Below the pieces are notes generated by a model. The model saw nothing but the letters and a program-made list of their open reading frames with translations. It ran no database searches and was not told the DNA's origin. A DNA stretch of 64,000 nt from the human T2T-CHM13v2.0 reference genome, Homo sapiens: the NCBI RefSeq assembly GCF_009914755.1, contig NC_060942.1; one strand, written 5' to 3'. Position numbers and translations under genes: made by a program. Position 1 is the stretch's first letter, and the number at the start of each line of letters is the position of its first letter. Below are positions 1 to 12,328 of this stretch, one piece after another.

Positions 1-455
1 AAAAAAACTCCATATCAAACAATGGAAATTTTCCAGTGTGAAGGAATTACAGCTTCCTATGAAAAGTATTGATTTTATTAACATAGTACTGGAATAAAAG
101 TCCAAAGGTTACATAGTATGTGATGCAGTTTTATAAAGCTTTGAACTAAAAGCAAAACTAAACAATATAGTGTTTAGGGTTTAATAAATATTTGATAAAC
201 ACCTTAAACTCCTTTTTAATAAAATCCTAAACAAAAATATTCACATAGTGTTTAGTCCTGGGGATAGGAAGAGAAATAGAATAAGGGAAAAGCTAATGGA
301 TGGACGTCACTATATGAAAGACAACAGTGTTTTCATAATGTACTGTTTCTTCAGTGATGGGTTTATAGGGTTCTGTTTCAATATTAAACTGTCTGTAACA
401 TATTTGTGTTGCATGCATTCGCTTGTATGTATCAAATATTACATAACAAAATTTT
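1..455 (+). mobile_element. Old L1 (L1ME/MC-type) 3' UTR fragment
   Basis: Degenerate L1M 3' UTR motifs (aaaactaaacaatatagtgtttaggg; ttgtatgtatcaaatatt). Boundaries approximate. Confidence 0.55.
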
Positions 456-1379
456 TGAGTACCAAGAGGAAACTTTAATTTATGAAGAGCTAAGAATCTA
501 ATAAAGTAATCTATGGGGCATTATACTGCCTTATATTCTATGAGTTATGTAAGGCTTTTTAACAGTAAACTTTACCAATCCCTATTATCACACTATGTGC
601 TGACTTTAGATAATAACCTCTTTAAAATGCCATTAAAATATGTCTTGGGGATGTCGGAAAGTAGTTATGAATTTGTGAAATGTTTTTAACATTGAGTAAA
701 TGCAGGTATATTTCACAAGAGAGAGAGAAATAGCATTTATTCTGGATGGAGAGGAAAAGTATATCAGGAAATTCACTAAATTGAGGTTCAAAATTTCCAT
801 TTTCTTCTGACTTATGTGATGAAGTGCTTGAAGAAACCTGAGCAAATAACCACTAATACCAAGTTCTTTCTTAGTAATAATGATTCTTTCTTTGTAGTTA
901 TATGGCCAACTACCAAACAAATTTCTGAGATAGGCCTTGATTCTAGGATTCTTTTGATGCTTTAAATACGGATTTTAGATGTTCCAAGTCACGGGACTTT
1001 TTGAGCAGCCACTGCTCTAATACTTTTTCAATGCTAATTTTCACTTGATGCTGTGCTAGTCTGTAACTAAAATGATATAAATTGCTTTTCCTTCTAAACT
1101 GTAGTGCATGATGGAGTTTCAAAATTTATAGTCAATGCAGTGTTCATTGGTATACTCAATTAAAAAACTGCAACTTTTAAAAAGAAGAGCTACAGTAGAC
1201 TTTGGGAACTCAAAGATATTGTTAATTATTTTTTCTAACAAATATTTATTGAATACCTGCCTTATTCCAGGAACTGTTCTGGCACTAAGAACATACAAAT
1301 TTCTTCAACTCATAAAATTTTTAAACTTTTTGAGAGAAACTAGTTCCCCTACTCTTGCTGGGGAAAAAAAAAAAGTCCT

Positions 1380-2625
1380 GACAAATTGGGTGAGTGCTTT
1401 GCAACGCATACATTGCAATGCATACAGACCAAAGGTAGTTTTCAAGAATATATAAAGAGTTGCTACAAATAAACAAGAGAAGACTAATAATGCTTTAGAT
1501 AAATGGATAAAAGACATAATGAGATAATTCATAGAAAATGAAACCTTAATATCCGATAAATATATGAAAAATATCCTCACAAGAAGATGGGTAAATGAAA
1601 ATCAAAACTACATGAGACGTTGTTTTTACACACATCACATTGGCAAAGATTAAAATAAAATGTTTGTGACAGATGTTGGCTAGAAAGAGGAGAAATGGGA
1701 AATGCTGATGGAAGTGTAAAATGGTAACATGGCTCAAAATACTTTGAATAGCACTTTGCCAATATCTTTTCATTTATTTATTTATTTATGTATTTATTTT
1801 TTGAGGCGCAGTCTCACTCTGTTGCCCAGGCTGGAATGCAATGGTGCAATCTTGGCTCACAGCAACCTCTGCCTCCCGGTTCAAGTGATTCTCCTGCCTC
1901 AGCCTCCCAAGTAGCTGGGACTACAGGTGTGCCCCAGCACAACCGGCTAATTTTTCTATTTTTAGTAGAGATGGGGTTTCATCATGCTGGTCAGGCTGGT
2001 CTTGAACTCCTGAACTCAGGTGATCCACCCACCCTGACCTCCCAAAGTGCTGCCAATATCTTTTCAAGTTGAAGGTAAAAATAGACTTAAGTAAGGAGTT
2101 CCACATTTACAGACATATCCTGACTTACATGCATAAAAAGTCATATATCATCAGATGTTACAATAGAAACAAAAATCACTCTGAAACACTGAGATATGGA
2201 CAAATATACAATAACGTCTTCCTTCAGTGGAATATTATACATCAACCAGTAGAAAAAATGAGGGCTAAATGTATTATCATGAATAAATCTCCAAAACCTA
2301 ATGTTGAATGAAAAAGGATAAATCTCAGAAAACCTAATTTTGAATGAAAAATTATTGCAGAAAGATAAGTACAATGTGATATTATTTATGATGTGGAAAA
2401 CAATTCAATGTACTTTTTAGCAATGTATATATTCATGGGAATGGTAAGTGTTCAATGCAGGATAGCAGTTCTGTGTGGGGAGGGAGTGGAATTGATCAGT
2501 GAGGCCCACATGTGGTAATACAGTCACATTTTCAGTACTTTTTTAATTAAGCTGGGCTAGGGGAATATGTTCATTATGTTATTCTCTATACATTCACATC
2601 TGTGAAATATCACTAAGAAAAGTTG
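1380..2625 (+). mobile_element. Old L1M ORF2-end/3' UTR fragment, interrupted by an Alu
   Basis: aatgaaaatcaaaactacatgaga; gatggaagtgtaaaatggta; aaacctaatgttgaatgaaaaa (35-bp tandem duplication at about 2283-2352). Confidence 0.65.
1772..2050 (-). mobile_element. AluS-type element, about 30 nt 5'-truncated
   Basis: (ATTT)n tail and Alu body ending at cccaaagtgc. TSD tgccaatatcttttca at 1757-1772 and 2051-2066. Confidence 0.95.
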
Positions 2626-2800
2626 AAAAAGTGGTGCTCAGATTATCTCTGTACTGATAGTATGTTTATATACCAGAAAACTCAAGAGTCTAGAAGGAAG
2701 CTCTTATAATTACAAAATTGGTAAGTTTGGCAAGGAATTGGATACACTTTATTCAACTCTAACAATAAATTTCTAGAAATAGAAATGGAATGAAAATGTT

Positions 2801-3192
<392 letters not shown>

Positions 3193-3194
3193 CT

Positions 3195-3990
3195 AGAAAG
3201 AAAATGTCTATTCCCAATAGCAAAAAGCAAAACAAAACGAAAAACAAACAAAAAACTGGAAAAGTGTAAGAAGGGATTTAACAAGACAAAATCAGTTTTA
3301 TGAAGCTACTAAATTGGATGGATGAATACAAAATATTGTCTGAACAAAGGTAAAGGCATCGTATGTTCTTTAATGAAAGGTTTTTTTTTAAAAAAATATT
3401 AATACTCCAAAATAAAGATATGAAATAATGTAATAATGTAATTGGGATTCTAATAAGAATCTCAATGTATTTTTTCACTGGAAAAATTAACTTTCATTTC
3501 ATAATAATAAATGCTTTGAAATATCCAAGAAAATTCAGGAAACAAAGTGGTGCGTGTATTCCATTTTAAATGAAAGATCACAGTATAAAACCAGTGCAAT
3601 TAGAATCTTTCTGGTCTTGGTCTTTGAGTAGACAAACTGAGTACAGGAAAGAATAAAGAACATGTAAGGATGGAAAATTAATATATGTAAAAATGATGGT
3701 TCAATTTATTAACATTAAAATGTTTTAAGCCATTAAATGATGCTGATGCAGCTGGCTAGCCTTCTGGAATAATAAAAGAGCACACCTGGTTATATCACAT
3801 ATAAAAATAAATTCTGGATGAAGTAAAGTCTTAATTGTTAAAAAAAAAAAATAGAAAATATATGACATAAAAGGTACCATCTGTGGGTGAAAGACACCTT
3901 CTTTCTCCAAAGTAGCAATCTGGATGCTTTTAAGCAAAATTACATATATTTGAATTCCATAAGATTTTAAAAATAATCTTGGGTATGGCA
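3195..3990 (+). mobile_element. Highly diverged L1M ORF2 fragment
   Basis: A-rich L1-like text (gatggctagccttctggaa-like; aataaattctggatg) also seen at about 2640-2800. Weak. Confidence 0.4.
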
Positions 3991-4241
3991 ATGGAATATG
4001 TAATCTAAATCAACCAAGAAACAAGAGATTTAGAAAAACAAAATAACAAAAACATACAAATAGTTATTGCAAAATGGAAAGAAACAAATTCAGATACCCA
4101 GTAAAAAATGTGCAAATAAGGTGAGAAGGCAATTGGTGGAAGGGCAACTATGAAAAGCCAAGGATGCTCGAATTCTCTAGCAGTCAGCAAATGACTAATT
4201 AATTTGACAAATCAACTATTCTAAGATGACTTGAAGAAGCT

Positions 4242-4677
4242 TGTGTGGAATGTCTCCTGTTTGCCCTCCAGATCCTGTCTATACCCTTCTCCAGCATGCC
4301 CTGTGCACTGGCAGCCTTATCTGTGCTGGTAGCTTCTCTGAGTCCACCATTCTCTGACTTCCAAGTGGGTTTCTCCAGTAAGAGGCAGCAGCAGCAGGTT
4401 GTAGGGAGGTGGAAAGTGGGATTGGGTAATTGTTTTCCAGCTCCCTCCACAAAACGTTAGGTTCTTGTCACAGGACCTTCTCTGATCTCCCCTTGCTTCT
4501 TTACCCCTAGAGGTGGTAAGACCACCTTGTTCTAACCAGCTTTGGTGATGATCTCTTGTGGGTTCCCATTCCTCCTGCCAACATCTCTGGAAATGTCCCT
4601 TTATTACATTTTTCTCAAATTACTCACCTCAAATTTGATAGTGGCAACTTCTTCCTGCGAGGCCCTTCACAGATGCG
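4242..4677 (+). mobile_element. ERVL LTR, LTR33-like
   Basis: tgtgtggaatgtctcctgtttgccctccagatcc start; ctctgacttccaagtgggttt; ccctagaggtggtaa; gtccctttattaca near the end. Confidence 0.65.
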
Positions 4678-5019
4678 TAGCTATAACACCTGTTGGTGGT
4701 ATGAAGCTAAGAGAAAGGTTTTCTTTTAACTGACTGGATGAAAAAGTAAAATGTTGTGATCTTTGGAAGCATCTAGCAACATCTATTATAGTTAAAAATA
4801 ACCATCATATCTATAAACCTGCTTCTGAAATCCTATTTCACAGATAGCTTAAAAAGCACATGTTGATAAATATGTAAGTACAAGGATGTTTGTTGTAGCA
4901 TTATTCTTAGTTCTCCACTTGGATACAGTAAATATCCATCGGTAGTATGGGAACAGCTGAAAATAATTGGCCTATGAACACACTATGACAGTAATGCAAG
5001 CCTTACAAAAAAGTCATGC

Positions 5020-5390
5020 CCTCTTTATCCCCCTCTCCCTGGTACCTTTCCCAGCCAGTAGTAACCATCATTCTACTCTCTATTTCCATGATGGTTAGTG
5101 GATATAAAAATGCAGTTAGATATAACGATTAAGATCTACTGTTAGATAGCACAATAGGTCAACTGTAGCTAATAATGATTTATTTATTTCAAAATAACTA
5201 AAACAGTGGGATTGGAACGTTTCTAACACAAAGAAATTATAAACACTTTAGGTAATGGATACCCCAATTATCCTGGTTACACATGATTGCCCTTATTACA
5301 CATTATATGTCTGTATCAAAATATCATATATACCACATACATATGTACAACTATTACATATCTATAATTTAAAAAATTGTTAAAAATTAA
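5020..5390 (+). mobile_element. L1MA 3' end with 5' inversion
   Basis: 5090-5390 is a + strand L1MA 3' UTR (atggttagtggatataaaaatgcagttaga...ggtaatggatacccc). 5030-5090 is the reverse complement of the preceding L1MA segment. Confidence 0.8.
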
Positions 5391-5734
5391 GAATGTTATG
5401 GCGCTATAGCAGTTGACTTAGTTGAGAGCAATCTTCATGAGTTATTGCTAAGTGAGAAAAAAGCATGCAAAAAAGTGTATACACTGGGATGCAGTATTTC
5501 ACAAAAATGTATATTGCAACAAAAATCACTGTGTGTGTAAATATATATGAATGTTTCTATGATTTTCTGATCACGAAGAAAAATTTGGATGACTAAATGT
5601 TAGATATGACAAGATTAAATGGAGGGGCAGGGATTTATGTGAGTGGAGGAGAGAGGTGAGGGAGAGGATAAAAACAAAAACGGTAGAAAAAACACACTTG
5701 CCTCTTAATATGCATTTGTTTATAAATATTTGAT

Positions 5735-5808
5735 GATAGAACCTAGGCACATTATTTTTAAGACTCCCCAGGTAATTCAAACATGTAGCCAAGTTGGAGA
5801 ATCACTGC
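5735..5808. mobile_element. MER5-type hAT MITE fragment
   Basis: ctccccaggtaattcaaacatgtagccaagttggagaatcactg resembles the MER5 terminus. Confidence 0.6.
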
Positions 5809-6637
5809 TCTCGAAGAATAAATAATTGGAAGATCTTTTGTCTATGTTTCCCAACTTGAATGTATTTCAATATTCTTTCCCAAAAATGTCCATTTTGTTG
5901 TTTTGCATTGAAAATCAAAAACTCAAATGACAATTATGTTTCTATATTTGATGTGAAAGAAGTAAATTCTAAATAAAACAAATTACATTGTTTGCATAAA
6001 ATATAGATTTCTTATATAAAATTATTTATAAATGCATGTTTTAAATGTACATATATTTGTATACCAAGAAAGTTCCCTGAAAATTTCAGTGACTTAAATT
6101 TCCTTTCTGATTACTGGCCTAGCATTCCAGACTGACTTTAGTCTTAATTTATGATGTCAGTCTTCACTTATTTGTTACCTTGTTCAATCCTTGGTTGGAT
6201 TAAACTTCTTCATGTTTCTTAAACAAGAAATTTCCATGTTTTCTTGCTTTGGAATATTTACTCTTACTTTTACTGGATTCCACAACTTCATTTATCCAAA
6301 TCTTTCCTAATGATTCCATCTAAAATCAAATATCATTGCTTTTATTATGTCTTCCCTAATTAAGCTAGCTTTAAAATTTAATGAATGCCTACTATGTTCC
6401 AGATGTTGTGCTAGATGCTAACCTTCCACTATTTTATGGTATCCTGTTTAATTTTCCACAAGGCATGAGTTATTTGCAATATTACTTAAAATACTGAGAA
6501 GTCACCATGTTAGCAGAGCCTTGGCTTAAACTCATTTGTACAATCCTCAAATTCAAAACACTTTGTAATAAGAACAGTCAGTCATGATCTGTCAAGCTTC
6601 TGAGTACCCATTGAAGTTTGTATTCAGTTTATGGCAC

Positions 6638-6820
6638 TATATATATATATATGTGTGTGTGTGTGTCTGTGTGTGTGTGTATGTGTATATATGAGATAAG
6701 GGTATGTATATATGTTACAAATTGATATATATATAGTTAAAATATATGCTGTATGTGTGTAAATATATAGTGTGCATGTTTATGTGTGCATAATTGTGTG
6801 TGTGTGCCTATGTATATACT
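6638..6820. repeat. (TA)n/(TG)n microsatellite, degenerate
   Basis: Seen directly. Confidence 0.9.
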
Positions 6821-7274
6821 CCTCACTCCTCATTTGATGTATTTGATGAGGGACAGGTGGTAGAGTATAATTCTTTAAATCTCAGTGTCTAGAACAGTGC
6901 GTTGAACACACACAGATAATTTCAAAATGATGAAGTGAAATAGAACAAATAATTTATAATAAACCACACAAAGTGATCTGATCCAAAAACCAATGGAAAG
7001 AGATTTATTTTTACAAGTAAGAAAATTAAATATGGTCACTATTGGGCAAACAAAGGTTTTTTAAACCTTTTTCATCATCTGTGTTGGTTTTTCCTTATTT
7101 TATTGGCCTGAACACTACATTACACAGTTAAGCATATTTTGCATTCTTTTACCTGATTAGAACTATCTTAATGCTGGGCTTAAAATAACAGTGCACCTAT
7201 GTTAAGTCATATAACCTTTTTTTTTTTTAACAAACAAATAACCACATTCTGCTAAAATTCTCTTCATTTCACTG

Positions 7275-7530
7275 ACAGTGTAGTGGATTGGTTTAAGTCA
7301 CTATTTCTGGAAGCAGAACACCTAACTTCAAATCCCAGCTTTCCCATTGACTATGTGAACTTGAGCTAGTTACTTAATGCCAATGTGTGTTAGTCTCTCT
7401 GTATGTAAAACTGTAAAAACAATAGTACCTACCTCATGTCTACATTATGAGGATTAAAAAATGAATTAAGTTTATTAAGTTTTGTAAAGGACTCAGAATA
7501 GTGTCTTGCACATGATAAACTGTTTTAGTA
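7275..7530 (+). mobile_element. MIR SINE
   Basis: ttcaaatcccagct; ctatgtgaacttgagctagttacttaa; aatagtacctacctca; tgaggattaaa. Confidence 0.75.
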
Positions 7531-10081
7531 AATCAATCTAATTTTACCAGGTTTTATAGCTATTCAGTTTTTATTCTTAACTATAAAATTTCATAGTTCG
7601 ATTTGTGACTATAACAAAAGAGTGCATCCATTGGACTTTTAAGCAGTGGAATTACTTAAAAGTCTGTGTTAGTTTCCTAGAGCTTCCATAACAAATAACC
7701 AAAAACTGAGTGGCTTAAAACAACAGAAATTATTACCTCCCAATCTGGAGGCCAGGTGTCCAGAATCAAGATGCCATCAGTGCTACGCTCTCTCACAAGA
7801 CTCTAAGACAAAATCTGTTCCTTGTCTTTCTCTTAGCTTCTGGTGTTGCTGACAATCTTTGGTGTTCCTTGACTCTAAGACACATCCTTCTAATCTCTGT
7901 CCCCATTGTTGAATGACAATCTTCCTGTGTGTTTCTGTGTTTATGTCTCTGTTTTGCTTTTTCTTTCTTTAAATTTTTCTTCAGCTTTTAAGTTCTGGGG
8001 TATATGTGCAGGATGTGCAGGTTTCTTACATAGGTAAACGTGTGTCATGGTGGTTCGCTGCAGAGATTAACCCATCACCCAGGTATTAAGCCCACATCCC
8101 TTAACTATTCTTCCTGGTGCTCTCCCTCAACCCACCCCCACTGACAGGCCCCAGTGTAAGTTGTTCCCCCCATGTGTCCATGTGTTCTCATCATTCAGCT
8201 ACCACTTATAAGGTAACATGTGGTATTTCGTTTTCTGTTCCTGCATTAGTCTGCTGTGGATAATGGCCTCCAACTTCATCCATGTGCCTGCGAAGGGCAT
8301 GATTTTGTTCCTTTTATGTCTGCATAGTATTCCGTGGTGTATATGTACCACATTTTCTCTATCCAGTCTACCACTGATGGGCATTTGTATTGATTCCATG
8401 TCCTTGCTATTGTAGCAATGCTGCAATGAACACACATGTGCATGTATCTTTATAATGGAATGATTTATATTCCTTTGGGTATATACTCAGTAATGGCATT
8501 GCTGGGTCAAATGGTATTTCTGCCTCTAGGTCTGTGAGAAATCATCACACAGTCTTCCACAGTGGTTGAAATAATTTACATTCCCACCAACAGTATAAAA
8601 ATGTTCCTTTTTCTCCACATCCTCGCCACCATCTGTTGTTTCTTGACTTTTTAATAATTGCCATTCTGACTGGTGTGAGATGATACCTCATTATGGTTTT
8701 GATTTGCATTTCTCTAATGATCAGTGATGTTGAGCTTTTTTTCATATGTTTGTTGGCAACATGAATGTCTTCTTTGAGAAGTGTCTGTTCATGTCATTTG
8801 CCCACTTTTTATTGGGGTTGTTTGTTTTGTTCTTGTAAATTTGTTTAAGTTCCTTGTAGACACTGGATATTCAACCTTTGTCAGATGGATAGATTGCAAA
8901 AAAATTTTCCCCTTCTGTAGATTGTGTGTTTACTTTGATGATAGTTTCTTTTGCTGTGTAGAAGCTCTTTAGTTGAATTAGATCTCATTTGCCAATTTTT
9001 GCTTTCGTTGCTATTTCTTCTGGAGTTTTCATCACGAAATCTTCGCCCATGAATATGTCCTGAATGATATTGCCTATATTTTCTTCTAGGGTTTTTATAG
9101 TTTTAGGTTTTACATTTAAGTCATTAATCCAGCTGTATAAGCTGAAAGGAAGGAGTCCAATTTCAATTTTCTGCATATGGCTAGCCAGTTTTCCGAGCAC
9201 CATTTATTAAATAGAGAATCCTTTCTCCATTGCTTGTTTTTTATCAGGTTTGTTGAAGATCAGATGATTGTAGGTGTGTGGTCTTATTTCTGAGTTCTCT
9301 ATCCTGTTCATTGGTCTATGTGTCTGTTTTTGTACCAGTACCATGCTGTTTTGATTACTGCAGCCTTGTAGAATAGCTTGAAGTTGAAAGCATGATGCCT
9401 CCAGCTTGGTTCTTTTTGCCTAGGATTGTCTTGGCTATTTGGGCTCTTTTTTCGTTCTATGTGAATTTTAAAATAGCTTCTTCTAATTCTGTGAAGAATG
9501 TCAATGGTAGCTTAATGGGAATAGCAATAAATCTGTAAATTATTTTGGGCAGTATGGCCATTTACACGATACTGATTCTTCCTATCCATGAGCATGGAAT
9601 GTTTCTTCATTTGTTTTTGTCCTCTATGATTTCCTTGAGAAGTGACTTGTAGTTCTCCTTGAAGAGGTCCTTCACTTACTTTGCTAGCTGTATTCCTAGC
9701 TATTTTATTCTCCTTGCAGCAATTGTGAATGAGAGTTCATTCATGATTTGGCTCTCTGCTTGTCTGTTGTTGGTATATAGAAATGCTTGTGATTTTGCAC
9801 ATTGATTTTGTATACTGAGACTTTGCTGAAGTTGCTTATCAACTTAAGAAGCTTTTGGTCTGAGATGGTGCGGTTTTCTAGATATAGGATCATGTCATCT
9901 GCAAACAAAGACAATTCAGCTTCCTCTTATCCTATTTGAATACCTTTATTTCTTTCTTTTGTCTACCTGCCTTGGCCCAAACTTCCAATACTGTGTTGAA
10001 TAGGAGTGGTAAGAGAGGGCATCCTTGTCTTATGGGGAATGCTTCCAGATTTTGCCCATTCAGTATGATATTGGCTGTGGG

Positions 10082-10400
10082 TGTTTTTTTGTTTTTGTTT
10101 GTTTGTTTTGTTTGTTTGCTTGTTTTGTTTTTTGAGACGGAGTCTCGCTCTTGTTGCCCAGTCTGGAGTGCAATGCAACCTCCACTTCCTGGGTTCAAGC
10201 GATTTTTCTGCCTCAGCCTCCAGAGTAGCTGGGATTACAGATGCACGCCACCACGCCCTGCTAATTTTGTTTGTATTTTTAGTAGAGATGGTGTTTCGCC
10301 ATGTTGGCCAGGCTGGTCTCAAACTCCTAACCTCAGGCAATCCACCCTCCTTGGCCTCCCAAAGTGCTGGGATTACAGGATTGAGCCACCACGCCCGGCC
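10082..10400 (-). mobile_element. AluSq/Sp-type element inside the L1, with a ~20-nt internal deletion
   Basis: (TTTG)n tail; ctcttgttgccc motif; gagtgcaatgcaacc lacks the ggcgcgatctcggctcac segment. Confidence 0.9.
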
Positions 10401-11959
10401 GTTTTTTTTTTTTTAAATTGTTTCTTCAATACCTAGTTTATAGTTAATTGTTTCTTCAATACCTAGTTTATTGTAGTTTTTATCAGGAAGGGATGTTGAA
10501 TTTTATTGAAGGCCTTTTCTGCATCTATTGAGATAATCATGTGGCTTTTGTCTTTAGTTCTATGTATGTGGTGAATTACATTTGTTGATGTGTATATGTT
10601 GAACCGGTTTTGCATCCCAGGGCTGAAGACTACTTGATCCTGGTGGATAAGCTTTTTGATGTGCTGCTGAATTCAGTTTGCCAGTATTTTATTGAGAATT
10701 TTTGCATCAATGTTCATCTGGAATATTGGCCTGAAGTTTTCATTTTTGTTGTTGTATCTCTGCTAAGTTTTGGTATCAAAATGATGCTGGCTTCATAAAA
10801 TGAGTTAGGGAAGAGTCCCTCCTTTTTAATTGTTTGGAATAGTTTGAGTAAAAATGGTTCCAGCTCTTTGTATCTCTGGTAGAATTCAGCTGTAAATCTG
10901 TCGGGTCCTGGGCTTTTTTTGGTTGGTAGGCTATTTATTACTGCCTCAATTTCAGAACTTGTTATTGTTCTATTCAGGGATTTAATTTATTCCTGGTTCA
11001 GTCTTGGGAGGGTGTATGTGTCCAGGAATTTATCAGTTTCTTCTAGATTTTCTCGTTTATGTACATAGAAGCATTTATAGTATTCTCTAATGGTCATTTG
11101 TATTTCTGTGGGGTCATTGGTGATATCCCCCTTATCATTTCTGATTGTGTCTATTTGGTTCTTCTCTTTTTTTCTGATTTATTAGTCTAGCTAGCAATCT
11201 ATTTTATTTCATTTTTCAAAAAAGACAGCTGCTAGATTTGTTGATTTTTTGAAGACAAAATTTAAAAAATTTTGATGTTTTGGTCTCTACCTCCTTCAGC
11301 TCCTCTGTGATCTTGTTTTTTTTTTTTCTTGTCTTCTGCTAGCTTTGGGGCTTGTTTGCTCTTGGTTCTCTAGTTATTTTTGTTGTGATGTTAGGATGTC
11401 GAATTGAGATATTTCTAGCTTTTTAATGTGGGCATTTAGCGCTATAAATTTCCGTCTTAACACTGATTTAGCTGCATCCCAGGGAGTCAGGTATATTGTC
11501 TCTTTGTTCTCATCAGTTTCAAAGAACTTCTTGATTTCTGCCTTAATTTCATTATTTAACAAGGAGTCATTCAGGAGCAAGTTGTCCATTTTCCATGTAG
11601 TTGTGTGGTTTTGAGTGAGTTTGTTAATCTTGAGTTCTAATTTATTGCATTGTAGTCTGAGAGATTGTTATGATTTCAGTTCTTTTGCATTTGCTGAGGA
11701 GTGTTTTACTTCTAATTATGTGATCAGTTTTGGAGTAAGTGCCATGTGGCAATGAGAAGAATGTATATCCTGGGTGGAGAGTTCTGTAGATATCTTTCAG
11801 GTCTGTTTGATCCAGAGCTGAGTTCAGGTACTGAATATCTTTGTTAATTTTCTCTCTCAATGATCTGTCTAATATTGTCAGTGGGCCGTTAAAGAATTCC
11901 ACTGTTACATGTAGGAGTCTAAGTCTCTTTGTAGGTGTCTAAGAACTTGCTTTATGAAT

Positions 11960-12328
11960 CTAGGTGCTCCTTGTATTGGGTGCATATTTATCTAGGATAG
12001 TTAGCTCTTCTTGTTGATTTGAACCCTTTACCATTATGTAATGCCCTTCTTTGTCTTTTTTGATCTTTGTCGGTTTAAAGTCTGTTTTATGGGAAACTAG
12101 GATTATGACCCCTACTTTTTTCTGTTTTCCATTTGCTTGGTAAATTTTCCTCCATTCCTTTATTTTGAGCCTATGTGTGTCTTTTGATGTGAGATGGGTC
12201 TTCTGAAGACAGCATTCTAATGGGGCTTGACTCTTTATCCAGTTTGCCATTCTGTGTCTTTTAATCAGGGCATTTAGCCCATTTACATTTAAGGTTATTA
12301 TTATGTAAGAATTTGATCCTGCCATCAT
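11960..12328 (-). pseudogene. L1 ORF2p endonuclease N-terminal remnant
   Basis: ORF-track translation matches the L1 APE-type endonuclease start (TLNVNGLN, GWRKIYQANG-like, KDKEGHYIMVKG). Confidence 0.9.

Noticed and set aside
9936-10436. 166-aa and overlapping ORFs
   Set aside because: L1 antisense plus Alu read-through. The same applies to the other Alu-derived ORFs in the track.
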